From Ancylonema sp. (Eukaryota): DNA of 64,000 bases. The position numbers and the translations under genes are program-made. Location of the stretch: NCBI GenBank assembly GCA_050230475.1, contig JBFLGF010000022.1:1-64000 (forward strand), written 5' to 3'. Of this stretch, positions 1-9,961 are shown piece after piece (within the stretch, counting starts at the first letter, position 1; each line of letters opens with the position of its first letter). Below the pieces are notes generated by a model. The model worked only from the letters and a program-made list of their open reading frames with translations, made no database searches and had not been told where the DNA came from.

Positions 1-1620
1 GAAGTGGAGCGTACCTACAACCCTCTGTGTGGCGGTCAAGACCATCGTCTCGCTCCACTCCTCGCCGCCATAAAATGGATTCATTAAAGCGCTCGGCTCG
101 CAAAATTGTACCCGGTGCATATTTTCTACACTCATATCGGGACACCAAAGTACCCTCCTTGGGTGAACGACTTGTACCACGTGCGCGTGCATTCGTTGGC
201 AACGCTGCACAGCTCCAACCACTCTAGTTCCAAGGTCACGTCCATCGCCCAACCTAGGTGTGGACCAACTGTATTACACCACGCGAGTTGGAACTTGCGC
301 AACCCACCAAGCTAACCCGGGAGCCACTGCAAAATCTCCTTCAACCGGGGTACACTACACAACTCTTGACACTTCCCGACTCGGTGAACCATCCGATCAA
401 CCGCATGGGCAACCGCCTGGCTATTTTTCCCACTTTGAGTCCTTACTTTTGGACCTTCAACTATACGCTGCGACCGGATGGACGACCCGGGATTGGTATG
501 CTGTTCGATGCACCATATCAGCAGTACATCCCACCTTCTCCATTCTAGATCGAGCGAGCTCTTGGACGACCTGTGGGCTACACAGCTCATGGCCGCATCA
601 CCGACTCCATGCGCGCATCTCACTTGGGCCATATGATGGATGGACGACTCATCATGTTCCTGGCGGAGATTGTCCAAGGCACCAAACCATAGGGATCACC
701 CCTAACCTCGGAAGTAAGGTATTTACCAACCTCAACTCTGGGGGGGAGGGACACTAGATCCTCTCGTTAGCGAATTTCAATCAATCATATACAACTACAC
801 GGACGGAACAAATCCAATACGAAAGTCAACAGTCAACCACAACTCACGACCAAACCAATTGTAGTCAAAAGTCAACAAAACAATTTAGGTACTAACATGG
901 TATCGAAACCCGGTCCCCGACCACGGTCCTCAAATTCTACCAAACCAGTATCAACACCGACATTAAGGCCTAAAAACCCAACGATCAAACTTGCTATTTC
1001 TGGTCCACGACATTCTGGTCCACGGTCTTTACCTGGTCAACCGAGTAACACTCGGAATCATCCTACAACCATTTCAGACCCCACGACCATAACCTGGATA
1101 TCGAAGCAAACACGGAGACAATCTCATCCTACATCTCATGCTACCTCCTACCGAACAAGGAAACACCATAATAAACAACATGAAGATTTCTCTTTCCTCA
1201 ACCACACTTTTCAACACCAACCTTCGGAACCACCTCCACTACCACCTCTACAACTACATTACATTACTACACTACATTACCACATTACATTACTCTTCAT
1301 CACCATATTCTACCTCGATATCCACACTCTCGGGTTTGCTCAGGATACCCGATAGTTTACCAGAATTGCTGGAAGTACCATCTTCCCCTGATTATGAACA
1401 TACCGTTTATACATATATGGATGATTATACCATTCCTACCTATACTCAGGGATAGGCACCTGACCCTGATGCACTGTTCGCATTACTAAGTACAAGATTA
1501 TCCACCACTAATGATCCTGTCTCACTTTCACCACCAAGTCCTGCCACTCAACCACGGCGAACTTTTCTCATGTTCTTATACCAACTCGTTCACAAGCGTT
1601 CCCCAGCTGGGGGGGGGGAG

Positions 1621-1804
1621 TGAGAGCAGCCGGACCACCAAGTCCACCAGAGACCCTTCGATCACCTACGAACATCATCAATACCAACCCGGTCGACATC
1701 ATCGCTACAACACCACGAGCATTACCACATGCATCATTCTGAGAACAAGTGTGACAAAAGATATAAACTATCAGTTCGGGCGGCCGACTCCAAACAGCAC
1801 GTCA
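1621..1804 (+). repeat. LTR-like direct repeat A, copy 1 (184 bp)
   Basis: Starts TGAGAG, ends ACGTCA and follows a PPT. Manual alignment gives 8 mismatches against copy 2 at 2961-3144. Confidence 0.9.
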
Positions 1805-2960
1805 GTTGTCATGACGCTAGAGATCGCTAAGGCGAAACCCCTCTAGATTGATCAGAAAGCCTTCTATATTAATACTGTGCTATAACATGAGTATTCGATA
1901 TAACGACTTTCTAGAAATAGTACTTAACAAGAGAAATAATGAAGTACGAAATTGGTAAGACTTGAAGATAACGCGTGGCGTATTTTCCGAAGTCTAAAAT
2001 CCAGCAGTCTTCAACAAATAGCTGCGTGTCGATTTTTGATAAATCACAAGTCACTTTCGACTTGTCGATAATCCCGGCGATTAAATCCAGCCGTAGAACT
2101 AGAGTAATATCTCGCGCCGTTTCATCGTAGCGCCAAGATTAATTGTAATGTTCTAGAAGCCAGCGTGTCGTTATCTTCGATAGTTTTAACTCTACTTAAC
2201 TATGCCGGTTAGCACTGCGCAACAACTTTTTGATAAAAGTCAGTCAATCGTATTCAGATCTGCCAGCTTCCGCTATCAGATTGCGCTTTTAAGAAATCTC
2301 AACCTACTATCTTCTGTGTTATCTGAATCCTTGCAATTTTGTGTATATTGCATCCCTTCGCTTATGCGATTTCGCAACGTGCTCGTCTTTCACCTCAGCT
2401 TGACATCCGCCAGCCAGACGGTAAGATTGCAAATCATTCTTTGCAATCTTTGTGTGTGTGTAATTTGATTCATCTCAATCTGTTGCTGACGCTCTTTCTG
2501 AGCCAGCCTTGTTATCGACCGTAATTTCTTACATCGATTCGCTGACGGTCTCTCTGAGCCAGCAAGCGTGCGTGTGTGTGTAAAACATATGTCGATTTGC
2601 CTCCGTTCGCTCCGAGCCGGCAATTTCCTTTGTGTGTGTGTGTGTATTTGCTGTCGCTCGCTCCGAGCAAGCATCTGTTGTTTACACCTCTCTGCTAACG
2701 CTCTTTCTTAGCCAACATCTTTTATCGACGCGCCGTCGAAGCTTTGCTTTCGCACCGAAAGTAACTCTTACGGCTGTTAACCTTGATAGTCTGCACTAGA
2801 CTATCTTGTTTGCTTTACAGTATTTTCACAAACTTTTGTATTGTAAATCATTTGTTAGCTTGCCCTCGGCGTTAAGTAGTGAATTTCACCAGACCGCTGA
2901 GACGTGTGATAGATATAATATTGATATCTCAGTAGAGACTCAATGTGCAATACTACTTAG

Positions 2961-3144
2961 TGAGAGAAGCCGGACCACCAAGTCCACCAGAGACCCTTCG
3001 ATCACATATGAACATCATCAATACCAACCCAGTCGACATCATCGCTACAACACCATGAGCATTACCACATGCATCTTTCTGAGAACAAGTGTGACAAAAG
3101 ATAGAAACTATCAGTACGGGCGGCCGACTCCAAACAGCACGTCA
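2961..3144 (+). repeat. LTR-like direct repeat A, copy 2 (184 bp)
   Basis: About 96% identical to 1621-1804 with the same TG...CA ends. It abuts the pol-like sequence starting at 3145. Confidence 0.9.
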
Positions 3145-3609
3145 AGGGAAGCCTGGGAGAAATTCCCGGTCATGGCGGTAACAAAACTGGGAGACAGCCC
3201 AAGGGAGGGGGGGGCAACCGCCCAACCGCGGCTGGGGGGGGGGCAATCGCGGCATATGCTGGGAACGGGGGTGGAGGGGGGGGTTAGGAGTTGGGGAAAA
3301 CACACGAGTGTTGTGCAACCTGACCCTAGGGTAATGGTGGGTGGGGTGGCTGTAAAAAGCGCAAGGCAAAGTCAGCCCCAACCGCGGTTGGGGGAGCTGA
3401 TTGGTGAGCCTAGTGAGGCTGATCTTCGCGTGGTACCACTGTAGCAAGCGGATGCGGCACGGCGAGCGGATGCAGCTTTGAGGCTGCTGAAGGCGCGGGA
3501 GAGGTTGCTGGGAAAGGCCATAAAAGATAGATTCTGGAAGTGGGTGGGGGCACCAGTGAGGGGTGCAGCCCCGATCAATACTAAGGTGGTGAGCTTGAGA
3601 GAGGAGGCA

Positions 3610-4597
3610 ACAGACGAGGGCGTCCACATTATGAAGCTTTTTAGTGGCATAGGCCTGGGGGACACTAGAGCACCCTTGGCGACAGGTTTGAGGGTGCGAC
3701 TCGTGTTGTGCGCCGAGAGGGATCCAATTTCCAACCGGATCAACGAGGGCGTGATCAAGAAGTTGATCCTGGAGTACCCGGGGCAGATCAAGAGAGGAGC
3801 ATTCATTGGTTGGGAGAAGCGGTTGCCAGAGGAAGTGGGGCTGATCGGCGAGATGACGCTGATGAATCTGATTGCTCGGAACGGGGAGGTTGATATAGTG
3901 GGGGCTGGCTGAGAATGTCAGAGCATCAGCCGGGGGGGCAGGCAGGAGGGGTACGCGGACAAACGGTTTCAATACTTCTACGACTTGGTGCGCATCCTTG
4001 GGTGGTTGCAGCACCACCAGGAGAGATCGCCACTCTACTTGCTGGAGAATACCTACCTGGGGGAGTTGGCAAAGATGCCTTAGTAGTGCAGAAGACTGCA
4101 CGCTTGGTCGAGTTTTTCATTGGGCTGGGGGTGGTTCTGGACGCGGGGGGGTTGGGGGCAGCCAGCCACAGGGTGCGCTACTTCAGGACGAACGCCATGG
4201 ACCGGGATGAGTCGCAAGAGGCACTTCCACAGGATCTGCACCCGAGTCCACCACTGAGGGAGATTCTGAGGGAATACCACATTCCTAAGGCACCTGCCTT
4301 CACATACTTCCCACCTCAGGTCGTGAGGAACGTCCAATCGTTAGCTTTCAGGAGAGCTATGCTTTCAGAACCCAGGAGGATGGGAGCCGAGGGGAGGGGC
4401 AGGTGTACAACACCAACACCCACAAGTGGGAGGAGCCAGATGTGGGTGAGAAGGAGCAGCTGCTAGGGTTCCCGGAGGGGACCACTCGGGGGGAGGGGGT
4501 TTCCGCGAGGCACCGAGCGGACAGGCTGGGAAAGTGCATGGAGAACAATACCATGAGGTGGCTGGGGGCTTTGTGGGGAGCCAGCATGGCCAGCTAG
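3610..4597 (+). pseudogene. Retrotransposon-encoded C5 cytosine DNA methyltransferase domain (disrupted)
   Basis: Motif I KLFSGIG (3634-3654). Motif IV VDIVGAG*ECQ (TGA at 3910-3912, probably from TGG). Motif VI YLLENT (~4037-4054). Motif VIII DAGGLGAASHRVRYFRTN. Motifs IX/X EKEQLLGFPEGTT...R...LGKCM (ORF 4403-4597). Two frameshifts at ~4060 and ~4395. Confidence 0.85.
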
Positions 4598-5358
4598 GGA
4601 GGCGCTGCCACCCAACCCCTAAAAGATCAGGGGTTGGGGAGGCCAGCCGCAATCCAGGAGGGGCTGCGGGAGGATGCGGTTGGGGCGCGGTTAAGGGCAA
4701 CTGGCCATGGCACACTGAAATGGAGGTGGGAAGCTCAGGAAGACAATGGTGAAAACCAGAGAAATGAATTCGAAAAGGACAGCCCTCCAGCATACGTAAT
4801 GTATGCTGGGCTCATAGGGGGAGGGGAGATAGCGGAGGCACAAAAATTGGTGTACGCGCTGCTAGACTTCGATGCTGAAGTTGAAACTTTGAGAGCAGCT
4901 AGAGGGCATAAAAAAAAACCAGGAAAGCAGCTGGATGCAGCCAGACTCGAAGGGAGCAGCTCACGACAGCATTTATCAATGTCAGCTGGCCGTCCCGACA
5001 GAAAAATAGCTGAGAGAGATGTTGATGGGGCGATTTTGCACCTCCAGTCATATCTATCTGTAATTTTGGGATCTGGTAGGGAAAAGGCTAAGGAGCCAGG
5101 ATCAGGATTTGGACAAAGTAGAAGCCCAGGAGAGCAAGGTAGCTCAAGCAGCGAAAAAGGCCAGAATGTTGGCCGTAATTCAGAAAAAGAGTTGTTAAAC
5201 CCTAGGGTTTTGGAACCAGCAGTAGGGTTTCGAGCTGGTAGTGAGGATAGAATGGGGCCTTCCAACAAGCCATCTCATGCACTCAGCAAATCAAAATCAA
5301 AGATTTCTAATTCTTTTTACTACTCTGAATGTTAAATGGATTTGGCCAGGTCTGAAAT

Positions 5359-7119
5359 AGGCAGTACCTGATCGGAAACCACTTCACACTGGTGACCGAC
5401 CATGAGCCAATCAAGTGGATCCTGTCAACAAAGAAGTCGTCGGGGAAGTTGGCGAGGTGGGCTTTGTTGTTGCAAGAGTTCGACTTCAAGGTGGAGCACA
5501 GGGCAGGTGCAGAGAACGGCAATGCAAATTGCCTTTCCCGTTTTCCCATGGATTCCATGGGATGACCTGAGGTACCTGACTGGGAGCGGGGCGAGATCAC
5601 TTTTCGACCCGAGACTCTTGTGGCCATGATGGTACTAGGAGTGGGGGAACAAGAAAAAGTGGATGAGACCACTGAGGCAGCCTCGGGAGAGGTGTGGGTT
5701 GACAGACACTTACTAGAGTACCTGCAAGCTGGCAAGCACAGTGAGGAGTGGGATGCTCTAGAGAGAGATCGGGTGTATCGGAGGGGGACCAAGTACAAGT
5801 GGCTGGGAACCAGCCTGTACAAGGTGGGAGAGAAAAGGAGGATGCTAGTGATCCCCAGACCGCAGGAGCGGGAGGGGCTGGTAAAGAAAGTGCACGAGGA
5901 GATGGGGCACTTTGGAGTCATGAGGGTAGCAGACCTACTGGGGAAGACCTACTTGTGGAGAGGCATGGTGGAGATGGTGGCGAAAGTGGTGAAGGAGTGC
6001 ATATTTTGCGCTCGGGGAAAGGCTGCTTTCAAAGAGTCTGGGAAGAAACTTCATCCGCTTCCCATCAAGGGACCTATGTATAGGTGGGGGGTAGACTTTG
6101 CGGGGCCGATGGAGGAGACGGTGAGGGGGAACATATATGTGTTGGTGTGCATAGAGCACTTCACCAAGTGGGTGGAGCTCATCCCAACAACCTCTAAGAG
6201 GGCCGCAGAGGTGGCATACCAGTTCAAGTCTCAGATCTTGTTGAGGTATGGCGCACCAGGGGAGGTGATCACAGACCAGGGTGAGTTCCGAGGGGAGTTT
6301 GAGACTCTCCTGGCTCGTCATGAGATCACTCACAGGAGTGCAACTAAGGACTACCCGCAGTCAGATGGGCTGGCGGATAGGATGGTGCAGACAATGAAGA
6401 AAGCACTCAGGAAGTGCTTGCTTGAGGGGGGTGGGGAGCAGTGGGATGAACTGCTACCTTACGTAGCTATGGGCTACAGGCTGTCCAAGCAGAAGTCTTT
6501 GGGATACTCGCCATACTTCATACTTCATTTTGGAAGGGAGCCGATCTTTCAAGCTCGGATCCAGGACGAAGAGGAGAGAGTCTTTGATGCGACTCAAGGG
6601 GTGGAGGCCATGAAGGTGTTCCTAGATAGGAGGGGTCAGATCTTTCAGGAGGTTTTGCCGGTAGCGTTCAGGAACCTAGCGATTGCCTAGCAAAGGGATG
6701 TGGAGAGATACAAGCTAGTCCGTGGAGGAGGGTGAGATAGGCCAAAAGCAAAGTTAAAGGTTGGAGACTTCGTGCTGCTGAAGCGGCCAACGGCTAGCTT
6801 CCTAGAGGTCAACACGAGGCCACATGTCTTGAGAATATTGGAGCTAAGGGACTCAGGGATAACAGTTTTTGGGGATAGAGATGGGACGACAATGCAGAAG
6901 CAGGTGAAGCACATTGCTCACTGCACTGTGCCGATGGGAGACAAGAGGGTCTACCCGGGCTATCGCGCGGAGACAACACATTGCCGGGTTTGTGGGTTGC
7001 GGTCCTACCCGAGGCGGATGGTGCTGAGCGACAAGTGTAACCAAGGGTCTCACACGTGGTGTTTGACACCACCCCTGGTAGGAGTGCCAAAGGGAGGCTG
7101 GACTTGTCCTCGTCACTAG
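5359..7119 (+). pseudogene. Ty3/Gypsy RNase H (C-terminal part), integrase and C-terminal PHD finger (disrupted)
   Basis: RNase H: YLIGNHFTLVTDHEPIKW...KLARWALLLQEFDFKVEHRAG..N.NANCLSR. Integrase HHCC: HEEMGHFG...CIFC. Catalytic core: WGVDFAGP...ITDQGEF...YPQSDGLADR. PHD-like: CRVC...LSDKCNQGSHTWCLTPPL..VPKGGWTCPRH. In-frame stops at 6688 (TAG) and ~6734 (TGA). Confidence 0.92.
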
Positions 7120-7163
7120 GTGAGCTACTTACTTCAGAGTGAAGTAGTCACAAAAGACTCTAT

Positions 7164-7490
7164 ATCGGAACCATGCAATGTAACAACGGAACCATTGCAT
7201 CAAAGAGCATTGAACCCCACATCGGAACCATGCAATGAAACATCGGACACGTTACATGAGAGGGATATGGTGATAATGGTGTTCCATATCACATACATAC
7301 AATAGATGGGCTATGCCTTTGCCGGAGGTATCTAAGACCTCCATAAGAGGCATGAAGACCTCCATGAGGGGCATGTGCAATGGATTGGCTTGTGCCAATG
7401 CCGGAGGCATTGAAGACCTTTATGAGGGGTATTCATGCAATGGATTGGCTTATGCCTTTTCCGGAGGCATTGAAGATCTCCATGAGGGGC
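7164..7490 (+). repeat. Tandem repeats in the retroelement 3' UTR
   Basis: ATCGGAACCATGCAATG occurs twice (~57-bp period), followed by about three ~60-70 bp units containing GGCT..TGCC...CCGGAGGCATTGAAGA.CT.CATGAGGGG. Confidence 0.8.
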
Positions 7491-7905
7491 AATAATCAAC
7501 TTTCTACACAAAGTGTTATTGGTCAACTTCCATGAGAAGTGTGACACTAACCTAACCTCAATTTACTAAGTCAATAAAAACATTGAGAAGTGAGTGGAGG
7601 TTGGCGCGTGAGGCGCGGAGGCTCAATCAAGTTTGAGGCCTAGAGACCAAAAGTGGATCCTTTGGTGGTAACACACTAGACTTGCGGGAACTGGTTTGGG
7701 TGTGGGTGATTTGACTAACTCCTCTAGTTAAGTGTGGGGTGAGGGGCTAGCTACCCCAAACCCACCAATATCTTGGAGGAGTAGGTGTTCTATGCAAACG
7801 GTGTTTTGTGTTTGGCAATGATGGGAAGTGCAGATTAAACAAAAAAAATCTAGGTTATTACCAAGCCGGGGTCGCGGGAGCTTTTCCCCGTCTGCGGGGG
7901 GGGAG

Positions 7906-8178
7906 TGAGCATTAATTTGAAGCTCGTTGATTGTGATCGCGCGAGTTGCGGCACCGCATGCTGTCTAGGCGCGGTGATGGGGAGCGGTGCTCGGTAACTG
8001 CATGCCGTCTAGGCGCGGTTATGCGAGTACGGTATGTGCCTAGGGAGATGGCCTTGCTATGTGATAGCTTGTACGGTCGAGTGGACCTTGTTATAGTCAC
8101 GATGTGTACGGTGTGCCTATACGGTGTAGTGCAGTGCTTGCACGTGTAGCCGTACACGATCGATAACGACAACTGTCA
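7906..8178 (+). repeat. LTR-like direct repeat B, copy 1
   Basis: Begins TGAG immediately after the PPT and is near-identical to 8929-9184 (compare ORF translations 7946-8149 and 8965-9189). The end is approximate (...AACTGTCA). Confidence 0.85.
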
Positions 8179-8928
8179 TATTTATTCCGGTCGCATGTAC
8201 GGCACGTGTGTGTCGTACGGTCCCGGCCGGATATTGACCCGGGTACGGTTGACGCCGCTAGATGCGGTCTGCGGTAGGGCGGTAGGCGGCTGGGGGCTGG
8301 GTTATTTATTTGTTCGCGCTAGGGCGGCAGCGGGCGGGAGCCCGCAGGGGCCCGTCGGAATATTAATTGTTCGATAGAGCGATCGCTATTTGATTGGTGT
8401 AGCGAGGGATAGTTACTAGCCGTTTGACTTTTGGTTGCGGTTCAGTATAGCGGGTGTCAGGCCACGGGACGTTCCAGCGAAACGTGGTCAGGCTCCCGGG
8501 TTGTGGGGTCATATAGTGCCATGCTGGCATGAATGAATGTGATTGGTCGATTGCGACGTATAAAAATTGCGGCTTGGAGTAGGATATGCGTGGACTAGAT
8601 GAATCCGATCGGACGCATGCGTATGGCGTAGATTACATTCTAACGTACGGAAAGTACAAGTGAGCCGGAAGTGCCTTGTTGGACTTTCGGACTATGTATT
8701 CTGATGCATGAGCACTATGGCTGAATTACGCTAAAGTGCATACCAGATAAGCTTTGGCAAGAGCGTTGATGTGTCGTTTTGTGATTGCGTTGAGCTTTGG
8801 CTATGGCGATGTTAAAGGTTGATATCGTTGAGCGAATGCCATATATCGTAGCGGTAATCATTTGCTGCGTACGATAGGGCGTTCGACGCGCCTAGGTACA
8901 GAGCTTGATATCTTTCCCAGTACGTTAG

Positions 8929-9184
8929 TGAGACTTAATTTGCAGCGCATTGATATCGCGCTAGTTGCGGCACCGTATGCCGTCTAGGCGCGGTGATGGG
9001 GAGCGGTGCTCGGTAATTGCATGCCGTCTAGGCGTGGTTATACGAGTCTGGGGTTTGCCTCGGGAGATGGCCTTGCTATGTGATAGCTTGTACGGTCGGG
9101 TGGACCTTGTTATAGTCACGATGTGTACCGTGTGCCTATACGATGTGCCGCACGTGCAACCGTACACGATACAGGTACGACAAC
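8929..9184 (+). repeat. LTR-like direct repeat B, copy 2
   Basis: Begins TGAGAC and matches copy 1 with substitutions and small indels. The end is approximate. Confidence 0.85.
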
Positions 9185-9961
9185 GATAATCCCTACTCTA
9201 CCATATAAAAATTTGATACGTGAAAAATCATGAGCCTTTTGCAAGCTATGATGTCTTTGAATTGGATTTTTGAAATCCCGAAATGGAGCCCGGCCGTGGA
9301 CGCTCGGAAGGTCTCCACTCGCCATTAACCCGCCCACCCACAGTATTGTGGCGGGTGGGCGGGCAAATTGGAAGTTTCAGTACGCCGTGTTTGTGTGCCA
9401 TCGTAAATGCATCAGTAAATGTCATAGTCTGTAACAGTCTGATCATTTGACTATCTTACCCACACGCGTACTGTTCTCATTCGCTTACTGTCTCGATTTG
9501 CCCGCCCAGCCGCCACCAATTGGCGGGTGGACGGGTATATCACGGGTGGGGCGGGTAGAAAGCGGTTGGAGACGGATAGGAAGTAGGTGGCGGGTTAAAG
9601 CGGGCAGCGGGTAGGTTTTCAACCCATACTGGCAGTTGGGGTGACCGATACGATTCTTCGGGCGGCGCTTCCTGACGCGATCCCTTTCGCCCCGGGCGTG
9701 GGGACAGAAGGAATCAAAGGTTCAGCTTCCATGGAAGACCGCAGGATCATCTGCTCACTGCTGCCAGCATGTATCAATATGATGGTTTTCGTTCTTCTGA
9801 ATGATAACATTGTCCGCTCGAAAGCTCATCAATCTACAAACAGGTCACCAGGGGATGCAAAAATGATGATGCACGATTCTAGCTGAACGGTAACATAATG
9901 TGAAAAATACACACTATTGTCGACGTGGAGGGCCTTCCAAAATTACATTTTCTGCCGTTTA

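Larger units (their letters stand above)
1..3144 (+). mobile_element. 3' portion of a degenerate LTR retrotransposon (element A), apparently nested in the DNMT-bearing Ty3 element
   Basis: The G-rich PPT GGGGGGGGGGAG (1609-1620) directly precedes a TG...CA-bounded repeat. ORF 260-757 contains ...TTCGLH...HVPGGDCPRH near its end, weakly echoing the PHD tail (VPKGGWTCPRH) of the neighbouring integrase. The coding part is too decayed for a firm family call. Confidence 0.5.
3145..9184 (+). mobile_element. Decayed Ty3/Gypsy LTR retrotransposon (element B): DNMT - [RT missing] - RNase H - integrase - PHD - 3'UTR repeats - PPT - LTR region
   Basis: C5-MTase motifs at 3.6-4.6 kb, Ty3 RNase H motifs at ~5360-5550, integrase at 5620-6690, PHD finger ending at 7119, PPT GGGGGGGGAG (7896-7905), then a TGAG-starting repeat. 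RNase H before integrase is the Ty3/Gypsy domain order. Confidence 0.85.

Noticed and set aside
3142..4101. 319-aa minus-strand ORF
   Set aside because: Antisense to the DNMT domain, with no recognisable motifs.
7307..7490. Regularly spaced repeats resembling a CRISPR array
   Set aside because: There are no unique spacers and no cas genes. The context is a eukaryotic retroelement UTR, and the units are degenerate tandem copies.
9341..9631. Possible MITE with CAGTA.../...TACTG ends and GCGGG arrays
   Set aside because: The TIR match is very short and there is no TSD, so it was not annotated.
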